DNA of 64,000 nt from Tubiluchus corallicola (Eukaryota > Animalia > Priapulida): contig JAQGDQ010000775.1 of assembly GCA_030141605.1 (NCBI GenBank), positions 1 to 64,000 of the forward strand. The letters run 5' to 3'. The notes under the pieces are model-generated. The model ran no database searches, was not told the origin of the DNA, and saw nothing but the letters and a program-made list of their open reading frames with translations. A program made the translations under genes and the position numbers. This document shows, piece by piece, positions 29,420-43,600 of the stretch. How positions within the stretch are numbered: position 1 is the first letter of the stretch; the number at the start of each line of letters is the position of its first letter.

Positions 29420-30140
29420 ATGGAAGACGAAACGTTTTCCTCTCACCCATGATTTCTCTGCAATGGTTAGTGCATCCATAGAGGACCAATTTTGGGTAAC
29501 TGTATATTTTGTTTTTCATTTCAAATTCGAGTAGTCGCCATTCGCGAGGAGCAGGAGCACCTTAAAAATATTTTTTACCATTTAATCGTAGGTCCATTTT
29601 CGTCGACGGTCGAAACACCAGCGCTTTAGCCAGACACTCACTAGAGGCAAGACGCTATCCATTACCTTAATGGAATACGATACACTAGTTGCCAGACGGG
29701 ATGCGATACTGGCGGCGGCGAGTAAGGGAAACGAATTTAGCAAGCTAGAAATACAACTGTCCCGAAGACTCGGATTGCTGGTGATGGCCTCGGTTCCGCT
29801 CTTCCTCAACAGCGTGAACATCACGTTTTCCATGAGCCGCAAAGCCCTTTGCAATCTCTTCAAGCGCACGTGGACGACCTGAAAATCATGCCACCGGGCA
29901 TCTTGTGTCTCGCTAGCCAAATCTACGTGTTCATGGGCGAGTGGGCATCCAGACCCGACATGTCCATCAGGCGTGGCGTGGAAGAAGGGGACGGTGTAGT
30001 TACGTGCAAACCCGGCATAAACCTACAACTGCACGAAAAATTTCAGAAAATGATAGAGGTGATCGAGGAAATGGTAGACGATGAGCCATACTACCAAACC
30101 CAGCTGTCGCTGCGACACAAACTGACGTGGGAAGGTTCGA
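29420..30140 (+). pseudogene. Maverick-borne spliced gene with tandem PC4-like repeats (copy A); exon 1 29420-29495, intron 29496-29591, exon 2 from 29592
   Basis: GT-AG intron. VHFRRRSK...TRGKTLSITLMEYDTLV and IYVFMGEWASRPDMSIRRG...KPGINLQL resemble PC4 repeats. Homologous to copy B; frameshifted. Confidence 0.7.
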
Positions 30141-30569
30141 AAGCTAGTGTTAGAGTTAGGGTTAGCCTTAACAACTAGACTCCTCAACTAGACACGGAAG
30201 CTAGATTTACCACGGAAGCTAGTGTTAGGGTTAGATCTAGGAATGGGGTTGAAGGTGTTATACACGGGAATGGAACCGCCCTCAAAACACATCCCAGGAT
30301 TCCCTAAACCACACGGTGTTGCATAAACTACCCTACGTGATTTTCGATTTGCGACAGGAAACGGACGATGGCATTCCCTTGAGAAGCACAATATTTCCAC
30401 TCGAAGCACCACAGATGGTCTTCTTGCCCCAAAAATGAGATAAACAAAATCGTGGTGCGTGAGCCACCGAATCAACAGCAGTCCATCAACAAAGGCAACA
30501 TCACTGGTGCTAGCAGTCAGAATGACACCGGTTTTATGTTACAAACCGTTTGTCCGGCAGTTGGCTCGT

Positions 30570-30920
30570 GTTAAAGGATATATCTGGAAAAATTGATGCC
30601 AAGTATGAGCATATATACAGAATTCTTTTTCTGATTTAAAGACAGAAGTCAATGAGATTACGTCAAGCCAACAGTATATCTTTGACATTTTTGAGAAATC
30701 CATGACAGATGTTTCTGCAAAATGCGAAAAACTTTGCTCCGAAAATGCTGCTCTAAAAACTACAGTATTTTCTCTTCAAGAGGAAATTAGAAAACTTCAC
30801 GAAAAGCAGGATGACCTTGAACAATATGAAAAGCCAGATTGTCTAATTTTTACTGGTGAACCTGTTACCAGGGTCGAAGATACATCCAATATTGTAGAGC
30901 GACTTGCTTATCATACGTAT
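30570..30920 (+). mobile_element. LINE ORF1 fragment (CR1/L2-group coiled coil)
   Basis: QDDLEQYEKPDCLIFTGEP..EDT resembles LEQYxRxxCLxxxGxPE...ED. Confidence 0.65.
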
Positions 30921-31899
30921 TTATACAACCTAGACAGGCACACAAACACACAATGCATCCATACAAATACACATTGGATCAATAATTGATGTCCGACACA
31001 AAAATTCTTCAAACCACAGTCTCGTTCATGCAATCAGCCACTCATACATTTCATAGTATTACCACAAATTGCACATTCAAGGTCAGCTGTCTGTCAGTTA
31101 TTAAAACGGCAATAAATAAACATTTGGAAACTTATATTTAAACTGGAATTAAATTTGCTAATGCGTTATTTAACATTCGTGGCTAAATCAATAATTCCAG
31201 CTAACGCCTTACGTAGTTATTGGGCTTCTCTGCCTAAAACTTTTTTTTTGTTATTGCAATGTACAAAGCATACAATATTTAGTCTATGAATCTGTGAAGT
31301 TAAACGCTTTAGTAACAGGTGCTGTTTATCTGAATTTCGCTTTGAAACATAACATACAAGGCTGCATATCAGTACTGTACGGGATGAACTATAGGACAAC
31401 GTTAGCTGTACTGACCTAGAAAAACGGATGGCTATTACATAGACCGACAATCAATGTCTGTGCTTAAGATTTTATTCTCTAACTAAACTCAAATAAAACA
31501 ATCAATCAATTAACATTTGGAAAATATCCCATCGCTGCCACCACCTGTGATGGTTCAGGTTAGAAGTGTCACAGGTACCCGAAGTCCACCTTTTGACGTA
31601 GCGTGTGCCGACAGGTGTATGCTAATTATTTATGCTAATTTTAAGATAAATTCATGAAATGTTCAATAAATACTTTGTTCGTAGTTTTCCTAAATAATAC
31701 GTGGGTTGTTTTCTTTTCATTGGTTAACGACATTTTTCTGATCTAAATAAACAAGACATGTAACAACAAATTTAATAAGATTCCAAATATTCAAAAAAAA
31801 AATGACAATGAGAATCAATGTACAAAAAAAGGAAAACCTTTTCCCCAGAATACTGGTGATCTACTAGGGTTTTGCTGAGTGTTCGCTGGCGGTACAGCA

Positions 31900-32045
<146 letters not shown>

Positions 32046-33580
32046 TTATTTCACTCCAGCAATACATATACAATACATCAACATACAATATTATTGAAAC
32101 AAAAAGAAACAGTATAGGTAAAAGAACGTTGAAGTCAAATTAACCAAATAAAAGAGTTGCTTTATGACACCTTGAAAGCTTGGCTTGTTAAGGTGGCACA
32201 AATGAGTGAACGAAAGAATGGTTGGGGTAGTAGACATGATGGAATGGAAAAATAGTAAGATTAGGGATAGGAAGAAGGAAAAGAGGAGAAGAAACGACCA
32301 CAGTTTATGTTTAATTTACATAGAGCTATATTAAAATAGCATTATAATTGATTGGAGGCCATATATTGCGACTGCATGAGACATGGAAGCATTAAAATTG
32401 TATTATAAGTATGAATAAAAAATGGTCCTTTTCAAGTACTTTTTGAAACTATAAATAGTTTTTTGTATTTTTACTTGGACACTTATTTTATTCCAATTAT
32501 TGGGGGCTGTGAATTTAATAAAGTGCCTGGCACTATTAGTACGACAGTAAGGGACATGATATTCGTTGGATCTTGTAAAGTGTTTAGGATTTGCTGTAAT
32601 GGGATTTGCAAAGGAAGTGGGAAACGAGTTGTAGTATGTCTTGTACATATAAATAGACAAGTGATATATAACCAAGTCTTCAGGGAATTATAATACCACA
32701 TTCATTAAATAAGGATACACCAACAGTGGTACGTTTAGATAAATTGTTTTATGTTCTTATAAACTTTCTTTGATGCCTAGATGAGCTTATTAAGTTGGCT
32801 GGATAAGATGTACCCTATATAATGCAGCAATAAGTTAGGTATGGTAATACCAATGAATTATAAAGAGTTATAAGATGAGATATGTGTAATTTATTTTTAA
32901 TAAAATTAATTATGTCCAGATTCTTAGCAATTTTTAAACATATGTGGTTTCCAGTCAAGATTTTCATTAATTAAAACGCATTAGAATTTTATATTTGGAA
33001 CTCTTTCGATTGCCTGTCCTTCAATGAATAAGTTAATGTCATTCGGGAGCCTCTCATTTATAGAGCGAAATACAATGCATTTTGTTTTAGTTGGATTCAA
33101 TGAAAATTTGTTTGCGTTAAACCAATCAGCTATTAATGGAAGTTTATTATTTATTTCAGGCACAGAATAAGATTGAAAATCAAAAAATAATGTGGTGTCA
33201 TATGCAAATTGAAAAAGGTTATTGTTGGTTAAGACAATTGGACAGGTCATTGATATATATTAAAAATAATAGAGGGCCAAGAGTGGAGCCTTGTGGTACA
33301 CCACACTTCATGGATTGACGTCTGGGCAGACAATTATTGCATCTAACTATTTGGCTTCTTGCAGAAAGTAATTATTAAACCATTCATTCAGAATACCTCA
33401 TGATCAACGGTGTCGAAGGCTTTAGACAAGCTACAGAAGATGCCAGCAGAGACTGATTTGTTTTCGATAGTATTAACAATTTGTTCACAGACCAAAGCTA
33501 GCTCAGTGGAAAGGCCTGATCTGAATCCAAATTAACTGTTGATAAGTATGTTATTTTTGATAAAATATTTGTATAATTGA
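32046..33580 (-). mobile_element. Decayed CR1/Crack-group LINE, RT and 3' end
   Basis: SKAFDTVDH, CGVPQGSTLGPLLFLIYIND, FAYDTT and WFNANKFSLNPTKT. Confidence 0.85.
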
Positions 33581-34290
33581 TTGTCCACACATATGTTTTG
33601 GTTTTGTCATATGTGTTTAGGTGACATATTTCCTTTTAGCAAAATTATTGACGACGAAAATTTTTATTCAAACACACGATATACTAGTGTTGGTGCTATA
33701 ATTGATAATAATTTTCTTAATTTGGATTTAATAGATGATGCAGAATCATTACTTAATGAAAACACAAATTTACATAGTACTGACCCGATATTAATTTTTT
33801 TAACAATACAAATGCCCTTGCCCATAGTAAATATTATGACATAGATAAATTTAATGCCATGTCGACTATTAATCATACTATAAATGACAATTCATTTTCT
33901 ATCATACACTTGAATATCCGCAGTGTAAAATACTAATCTCGACCACTTTTCTGAGTATATTCATTCACTTAATTTAAATTATTCTATTATAGCATTAAGC
34001 GAAACTTGACTTTGTGATGATATAGGCTCTACAATTCGTTTACCAGGTTATAATGCTGTTTTTATTAATAGGAAAATTAATAAAGGCGCTGGTAGAGTGG
34101 CATTGTTTATCAGAAATGATTTAACATATCTACTTCGTAAAGATTCAACTCTCTCTGAGGAAGATATCGAAGCCATTTTTTATTGAAATTGCTTGCAAAA
34201 ACGATGAGAATATAGTTGTTGGCTCTGTATGTCGCCCTCCAGGTGAATGCCCACTCCAATTTACTGACAAAATATCGGATATTATAAGTA
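33581..34290 (+). mobile_element. LINE ORF2 N-terminus and endonuclease fragment, inverted relative to the adjacent RT
   Basis: WFCHMCLGDIFPF, HLNIRS, IIALSET and IVVGSVCRPP. Confidence 0.75.
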
Positions 34291-34694
34291 AATATTTAAT
34301 ATTATATCAAACAAAATGAAACTCAAAGCGAAAATTTTATAAAGCAAACTGAAAGTAAAAGAATTTGTCAAAACCAATCCAAACCGGAATTCAGATAGCC
34401 CATTCAATGCTGGGTGTTATAGGCACATTTAGATTACACAGGAGGCCGTGGCATCCAGTAAATTTCATTTTCTGAACAAACTCACAGATTTTTCGAAATT
34501 TTAACCAAACAGCTTGTAGAAAAATGTTCTAGTGGCGCCTAGTTGGACTCTCGGAAGGAGATATATAGGGCCTCTCTTTGAAAAGAGGAGGAACATGGCC
34601 ATAAGGTAACGTTATATTTTAGGATGCTCCATCAAGAGACAATTGGCTTTTTCAAAAATGGCGTTCTCAATTATTTGCTAACGTTAGCCTACTT

Positions 34695-37600
34695 TCATCG
34701 CAAAAGATATGAATCAGGCAAAGGTCCATGGCCATTTTCCACAAATGCCTTTGACAATTCAGTGACATAATTATTAACACGTTGTTGAAATCCAGGAATG
34801 ACGTGGTAATAATGAGTAAAGTACGTGTCGTTTAATGTGTATTGTCTTTTGATATGGTCCCCTGGGTACTTTTCTGCACAATGTAAACGTGATTTGTTCT
34901 GTCCTAGGAAGCTTAAGACTGCTTTCAACTCTCCAGTCAAATTCGACTTTAGTTTTTCGTAAATGACAACATGAATGTCTGCAGATGATTTCAACAGCCA
35001 CCTGGTGTAAAAGCTGAACCAGCGGTTGAGCAGAAATGTACCGTTTAAAAACTCAAGCCATCCTGAAACAGTAAGAAAATAAGAACAATTATCTAATGAG
35101 TTGGTAAAGCGTCGTTGCTTCAGTGTTTTGACAGATTATTAACACAAAATTACTATTATGATCTTTAACACATATTATAATCTCTACTATAATCTTTGAC
35201 TTTTCAGAAAGAAGCAAAATTATACGAATGTTAAAAACACTTCACAACAACAAATTTGCATTCAGTATCAGAAAATAAGTGACGTTTGTGTTATTCTTAT
35301 AAAATGTTTCATTGTTACTATCGTTACCAGAATGTTCATTACTATCTTCAATAACCTTATCATTATAATTGGCACTGTTGTTAAGGATACTAAGAAAAAT
35401 CAGGTCATGAACCTAACAAAACTGCAAAATGAATCAAGTACTTACTGTATAAAGCGTACGGACTTTTATAGTCTGGTACTTCTTCGTTATTGCGTATTTT
35501 GACAAAGAAAACTTGTCTTTTGAACTCCGCATACACGGCATCATAAGGGTTTCGAACCACAAGGACAGCGGCTGCAAAGTCTTTCAGTGTTTCGTTGTCA
35601 ACAAGGTGCGTTTTAACAACAATCGTCTTTCCTTCAAACGGTTTTAGCCCTCTTGTACCCGGTGGAAAAGGAAAACTGCTTTTGCCTTTAAAATTATTAA
35701 AACTGACAGTTATTTGATCTGTTAATAGTTATTTTGAGTTCTGTCAATAACAATAATCAGAAAATTGTGACAAAATGGCAAACCAGAAACTTTACATACC
35801 TAAAGGCTGGTTCATGCCTTTACCAGCATAAAAACTGTTTAAGGTACAGTACTTTAGAGATGACATGGTACAGATCGTCATGGCATGCATATTAATTGTC
35901 TAAAAATACCAGCAGCTGCAAAATGAAGAACATTTTTTCTTGTGATTTTTGAAAAAATGCACTTGTTGTGTATCCCGTAGGATACATTGGGGACAAATGG
36001 CTGTAATTCCCCTTCATAATAACAGACACAGGAATACACTGATGTGCAAAAACCTCTTTGCTAGTCCAATAATTAGCTTTTTGTTTAGTAAACTATGTTG
36101 ATACTGCAACATTACTGTGTCAACATTGCCACTCTTGAGTCCCTTTCCAATTTATTCATTATACTGCTTCACTACAAATTAGAATGCAGACTATAGACAG
36201 CCTTGAAATCAAAAGGGATTTGGTCTGTTGGGACAATTCGCAGCAATCGGATTAGTGGGTGCTTGTTTCTTTCGGAAAAAGACATAAAAAAGAAGAGCCG
36301 TTGTACATATGATAGTAAAGTGGACATAATTTCTGGAATAAACGTTGTTCGCTGGTATGACAACAAGCCTGTAACATTGACTGCGACTCATTTTGGTGTA
36401 AATCCCGTCCAGAAGGTGAAACGATATGACAGAAAGCAAAAACAAAAAGTTGATGCAGATTGACCTGCAATTGTAAAAGAGTACAACATGCACATGGGGG
36501 CAGTATATCAGTTTGACATGTTGATGACTTTCTACAGAGTTGATCATAAAAGCACAAAGAGGCACTGAAGAGTACTCTTTTGGTGCCCTAGTGTTGCAAT
36601 TGTAAATTGTTGCAAATGTACACCGCCATAGACAAAAACCTAAAGGAGTTAGTTGGTGTTCTGAAGTGCTGTACCTGGCAAGAATGTTAGATGTCCTACT
36701 TTTAAATAATGTTGTTAATGTCGATTAGGTCTGGGGCGATGAAGGGGTCGAGGAAACAAAAACTTAACTCACTGCTTGATATGTCACCAATTAAAATGAG
36801 CAGTGGGTTTATACCATTATAATAATCCAAGAAATATTTTATTAATCAGGTCCCTCAACCTGGATTGAAATACTAAAAAAAATCAATCCAACACCCGGTA
36901 TGCTCTACGTGACGCATTTCTTCTAAGACCTAATCTACAGTTGTATAATAGTTTTTTCCAAAACAAGAGTTCGCAGGTGGCATAATTTACCACCCCTTTT
37001 TTGCTTCTTAAATTCAGTCGATCTATTTAGCATAATAAGCAAATACTTATGCATCAGTATATACATAAAGCAAGTATCTGTATAACATATATAAATCAAA
37101 TTCTCGTTAATACAACAAAATTAAGATATAATTCTTGAATTTTTGAATTGAGGCCAAAGAAGCAAAGCCTGTGTAAGGCCACCAGAATCAGTGGTGAGAA
37201 AAATATTTACAGGGGGCACAGTTAGTTGCAGTAAGTATGAGTTACAATCGAAAACAGGAACTTTCCTTTCTGCATTTGAACTTTTGGTGAGTTCGTACTA
37301 AATCATATATATTATTATATATATATATTATAAGTAGTCATATATAATCATATATATTATTATATATATTATATATTACTACTTATACTAAATATTATAA
37401 GTAGTGACATTTCAACAAATAGATTCATCGCCAATTTTTCACGTAAGACAGTGTGCATCGATAATTGTTTACGGTCTCTCCTCTGTACTCTGTGTGCCTT
37501 GTATATTTCAATTTTAGGTGTTAACTAATAAATTATTTGTGTTTTTGAACTTACTATCAATGTAACTATATTCAAGATAACCAGCTCCACGTGTCTGTTC

Positions 37601-40600
37601 TCAACTGAAATGTACTTATTGCATAGTGGAAGAACTCCGATCTGTAGTATTACTATATATCAGTCCAATTAAAATAAAGTTCATGTATTAGTGATAAAAC
37701 GGCAGAAGTTTTACACTCCTCTGGGCAAATACAATTTTCCTCCAGGGCAACCTAAATGCGCATCTGTTTAGCTTTGTAAAAATATATGGTTCTTACACGT
37801 TATTGACTGACTGCCCCTCTGTGTTAACAGACATAATTAAACTAAGTTTTGAACCCGTTGTGTGGTCACTGAAAAGCCCAACATAACAGTATTTCTGGCT
37901 GTTTTTGGTATTGCCTGCATAGTAGGGCCTTTATGGATTTAAGTGTCACGGATTTGGCAATCAATGCAGAACAGACAACAAGACAACTGCGTCAAGGATA
38001 ATGTCATTCATTCTAGTTGACTGCCTAATCAGCGTGCAAGATTTTTCACACCCCTGCAGAGCTTTTCTAAAACCAGTGCTTTTGGCAGAGATAGCTGCAG
38101 CTGCCTATTACTGGGTATCTAGTACTGTTATGAAAAATGCTCAACTTTTCAATAGTAAGCGGGAGAAACATTGGACAGGTATAAAAGATCCAAACCAGCA
38201 TGTAAAAATCACAGTCTGCGCACTTGTAAGTGGGTTTGCCCAGGTTGTAGTCGACTTTGGTAAAAAATTGTAATTAGCTAGTCGACATTGGTAAACAATA
38301 GTTGAGGCCTAGTCACAGAGCTGAACTCGATTGTCATGATTATGAGTAAGCCAGCACACTCACAGATACCAATATATTGGTAAAACGGTTTCAGAAATTT
38401 TTAGGCAAAATATATTATAGTTTTTATAAACCTCAATGAAATCTTCACGGGCCAAATTAATTCGAATGTGGCAAAAAACTTAATTACAATTACAATGCAC
38501 GTAATAAACACACTATTTACAAAAATATAATTACATACATATATAACGCTATAAAAACATATACGACTTTATTAAGAACACAATTATACAAGTCAAATTG
38601 AATAATTTAGCCTAATAACAGAACATCAAACTCGAATGTATAAACTCAATGGTACAACATAAATATATACATAAACACAATTTAAAGCAAAACCCGGACC
38701 CAATCTTAAACAGTAGGTCAAAACAATCTATTCTTTAAGATACTGAAAGGGAACATACTATTTTTGTCAAAAATGTCTTACGAATTATTACCACACAAAT
38801 ACAATTTCACATTCGCGCCACTAGCTCTTCGCTCTTACATGTATTTCGCCATTCACTAATTAGATGGGAGTAGAGGAGACTGTCTCTTTTCCAGTGATTG
38901 AATTGCCCTGTAATTGCCCAATTAATACCTATTGTATTGCTTAATTGTTCTTTTGTTTTAAGGGAAATTAGTGCTGAGGGGTGGGATGAATTAGGGACCC
39001 TGCCCAGGGGTTAGGTACCGCCACTTCTCGTTGTCGGTGCCAAACACTCGTCAATGAGGGAAATCTTTTTTTGGGATCGTTGATGAAGGAAATCTTTTTT
39101 TGGGACTCTACCGTGGCGACGACGGCACCAACAGTGAATTGTCTTTTCTTCCACTTTTCTTCTCTACGGCACCGACGGAGAATTCTCCGCGACCGCTTTT
39201 CTTCTCATGTCGCCAAAGCCCCGTTTGTTGATAAATGACGATTTAATTATTGTCTGCATTTATTTCAAACGACAAAGCCCGATAAATGCATTTTCGCAAA
39301 TGTTTTTTATTGATAGAATACAAAAAAATTTTACATACATACATTATGATGTCGTATATTACACAATATACTAAAACTAGATTAATGATGTCGCTATCGT
39401 GGAGAACATAGATTATTATCGACGAGCAATTGATACAGGCAAACATTATTTCTGTTAAACACAAATTCGTTAAATTTGAGAAAAACGCTAGAGAAATCCT
39501 CCGCGTTTGTCCCGCCCATCATCTCTTTCATCTCTAATGGACACTCCCTTGATGCAGAAGAAACCTTGCCAAACTGTCATTCTCCACCGTGGCAACAACT
39601 GACATTCGTAGTATTCCTCGTTGTTGACTATTTCGTCCAGATGGAGGTTCATGCCGGGTTTGGTTGGACTCACTGCAAATGCTTGTTGGGGAAAGATGAA
39701 GAGTGGCACGGAGTCTGCTATCAGGAAAGACGTTCTGCCAGACAGTTCTATTTCAAAATCTGTATAAGTCATTTCCTCATTCAAGGCCATCAGTATTTCT
39801 TTTCGTTTACGAATGAGTTTCCCCATATTCCATCACGGTCAAAGATACGTGCTTCCCTCTAGTGAGTGTTTCGCTAGTGGCATCATTCTTAGATCGACGC
39901 CGAAAATGAACCTATGAATAAAAGGACAAAATTTTTTAACGCCTTCCTGCCCCCTGACACCAAATAGGAAGAGGAAAACAATGTTTGACTATTCAAAATA
40001 GTAGAAAAATAATAATAATGAACATTTACTCACCTGATACTGTTCATCTAAGGATGAAAGTGATGTCGACAAATCGTATGTCAGAGGAAACACCATGGTG
40101 TCATTTTCCATCATCATCATACAGTAATGTTTTCTTCACTGACGAGAGAGAGAGAGATGTGCTCGTGTGCTATCTTCTCACCGTCCAAGGCAGATGTGGC
40201 AACTCCCTGTCAAAACACCACATTATATACGAGCTCTCTTCTGGTTAACGCCAACCAACGGATGAATGCTGTCAACAATAGTGCAAGCGATGATGTCATG
40301 GCGTCTGTCCATCCACCCGTTTTCCTGCCACGAAGTCACGACGCGGTGTACTACATAACATCTATTGTGAAAAAAACATGTTTGAAAACGTCCAACTGCT
40401 GCAACCGTTTTTTCTGCAAGCCAAGTCGTATTATTTATTTATTTATTTTTTGATAAACATTTATAAAGGTAGGTCGATTTGTTTATTTGGTAATTACGAT
40501 GGATCGAATTTATGATGCGAGATTGAAATTTGGTAGCACCATGTTGGTGGCCGGACCCAGTCGCGCCGAGAAAACCACTTTTGTAAAAAATTTAGTCCTT

Positions 40601-43600
40601 CATCGGAACGTGTTGTTTGACACTAAACCGGACAGGGTGTTGTGGATTTTGCAAACACCTCCTCCACTAGCCTCCTCTCGCGAAGAATTACAAGAAGTGG
40701 AGTACAGCGAGGACATAAATGTCGGAATACGTGCAGGAGATCTGGTGGTGGTGAACGACATGATGATGGAACTAGCCACTTCCAAGCGACTGACTGACAT
40801 GTTCACAAAGCTAGCACACCACAAACCGTGTTTCGTGGTTTTCATCACGCAAAATCATTTTCAACAGAGCAACGAATCGAGAACGCGCAGTTTAAACACC
40901 CACTACTTGGTGTTTTTCAAAAATCCACGCGACAAGATGCAGGTGGAAGTGTTGGGTAGTCAAATGTATCTGGGTAAATCGAAATCTTTTAGGGAAGCTT
41001 TCGAGCGCACCACCGCTGCACCCTTTTCTTACATGCTATTCGATTTGTGTCAGGAAACCGACGATGCCATTTGCATGAGAAATAACATATTTCCACACGA
41101 AGTGCCACAATTGGTTTTTCTTCCCCAAAAATGAGATCATTAAAATGGTGCACGCTGCACGTGTCATTGAATTACTAGCAGCGGTGAAAATGCCACAAGC
41201 TCGTATTAGACGTCATAAACCTTTTTTCAAGAAACTGGCTCGTGCCAAACTGCGTGATAGGACGGATATGTTAAAGTGGGCCGATGCCGATGTGATTAAT
41301 TTTTTGGCGGAATGCGCTCTCAACATACTACGCGGTAATGTGAAGTTGAAAACCAAACAGATAAAGGTATTGAGGGGACATTGTAATGCGCTGAGAAAGT
41401 TGGCACGCGCCGGTTCCACACTGAAAGACAGAAGACGAGCGTTAGTGCAAAAAGGCGGTATATTTCCAATCATACTTGGTGCCACCCCGTCTGCCGCCAG
41501 CGTGGCCATTACAGTGAAGACATTCTGCGATAAAAAAAGAAATAGAAAATGTATTCTCAGATGGTTTTACTATAACAGGTGTAACAGGTTAAACTATGCG
41601 CGGTTCGTTCTAGACACACCTGCCGAGCAGAAAACTGTAGAAATTTAACAGAAAATGGCGGAATTGTCTGCTCGAGGATTACCACCCGATGCGGAAAATA
41701 AGATGAGAAGTGAATTGATGCACGAGATCAAAGATTTGAAAAAGCCCTCCTCCACGGGCGAAGATGATGGAACCCGATTGATAGACACTCAAATAATCGA
41801 GGCATTACTCGGCAAGTACAAGAGCAGGGGATAAAAAATGCTCTCCTTTTTGAAGGCCTGTCGAACACACACCTGGTGGACTTGATAAATTATGCCACAA
41901 CTAGCCAGAAGATGACTCCGCCTCGCGGTTGGTCCGACTTTTCTCAACATCTGAAAGAAATAAGTGTACCTATGGCTCTGTTGGGTAAAACGGCTAAGAC
42001 AGAACTTGAGAGCTGGCAACAGCAGCAACAGCAGCGTGAAAGGTTGGGACTGTCAATGCCCCTATCTTCTCTAGTAGCCGATGTCGAAACGACGACACTA
42101 CCCCCACCACCTTCTAATAAACGAACCAGTCGAAAGTGTGGTCCTCAACAGCAGCAACACAATTTCAAGGGGTTTATTCGTCTTCCGAACTACTACAGAG
42201 TGTTACAGTGAAGGAGCTACCAGCTAGCTATATTGTCAACACTCAACCCATCAATTTACCGGGTGAACACTGGGTGGCGCTCTATTTAGACACCTCTGGT
42301 CGCGGAGAGTTATTCGATTCTTACGGATTGGCACCCACCTATAGAATTAGGACATTTTTAAATATAAATCATAGAGGAAAATGGACTTTCATCACAAAAG
42401 CACTACAATCACCCATCCTTCCTACTTGCGGAGCATACGTTTTATGGTTTTGCTGTAGACGACCTTATTACGACTCTCTACAGCAGCTGCTGTGTAATTT
42501 CCAACCATTTTTTCTAGACAGAGAAGTGGTGTTGATGAAGCATTTATTTTCCGTTGGCGACAGAGGTGATGATGATGATGATCGCTACAAACCACACCAA
42601 CGGTGATAATGTTGATGATGATGATGACGATGACAATGAATTTAATCATGGTGGTGACACCGTGCACGTTGTATGTTGTATGTCACTAATCTCCATGCTG
42701 CACTATAACCCACATGTAAGGTCTCACTTACTCCCCCTGGTCTGCTATAATCCCTCAATTAGCCAAAAAACACAGGAAATAATGCCACGGCAGGGGATTT
42801 AATTGAATTTTAAGTAGATATTAATTGGGCAATTACAGGGCAATTAAATCACCCGAAAAGAGACATTCTCCTCTACTAACGGGCACTAGCACCTGCATTT
42901 CGGAAATGCATTGCACAAAAACAAGTGATGTACCTCTAAGTTCAGATTGTGTTAGCTTCTGACGAAGTACACGCGTTTGACAGCTCATGCATGAGCACAG
43001 CGGTAAATTTGAAATTTGAATTTTTATCTTAAAACTTGCTCAGTTTTAGTACAACACACTGAATATCTTACAGCAGCACTGTACTTCAATTTTCGCTTTC
43101 GCAAATTCGTGCAACACGCTCGTTGATTATTTTTGCTGCTGGAACTTATGTTAGTTTGTGATGTCATCAGTAGTTGGGCTCTTCTGCCGTTAATTAAGTT
43201 TTTAGTCTATTGTTTTATTGTCAGAAGCGCTTTTGCAAGTATTCTCACCTTTTTTACCAATCCGCCTGGTAGATCTATTATCTGTCAGCTGGTGAACCAC
43301 TGAGCATTTCTTCCTGCTTCACCATGCGTTTCTCGAGCATAAGAGGTCTTTTACGCCAGTGGGTTGCTAGCACTATCCTGACAACCCTCCCGGGTTTGGG
43401 ACCGGCACAGAGTTCAGCTGGATTGCTGGGCCAGTGACTGGTTTCCAGCTTTCAGTATTAATACTGCCAGTTTGCAGTATTGGTCGTATCAAAATGTATA
43501 CTTTTATCGGACTTGAAAATGAATATGAAAAATGGGCAGTATATGAAAAATGATCCTGTCTTCCTGTAAGATAATTTCATAGACATAGTATTTAATTTAC

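Larger units (their letters stand above)
38869..42877 (+). mobile_element. Non-autonomous, internally deleted Maverick/Polinton (copy B, 4009 bp) with TIRs and a degenerate 6-bp TSD
   Basis: TIRs of about 65 bp begin AGTAGAGGAGA and end TCTCCTCTACT. Flanks are GATGGG and AACGGG. Encodes ATPase, a small QKGG protein and protease. Empty site at about 16.1 kb. Confidence 0.92.
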
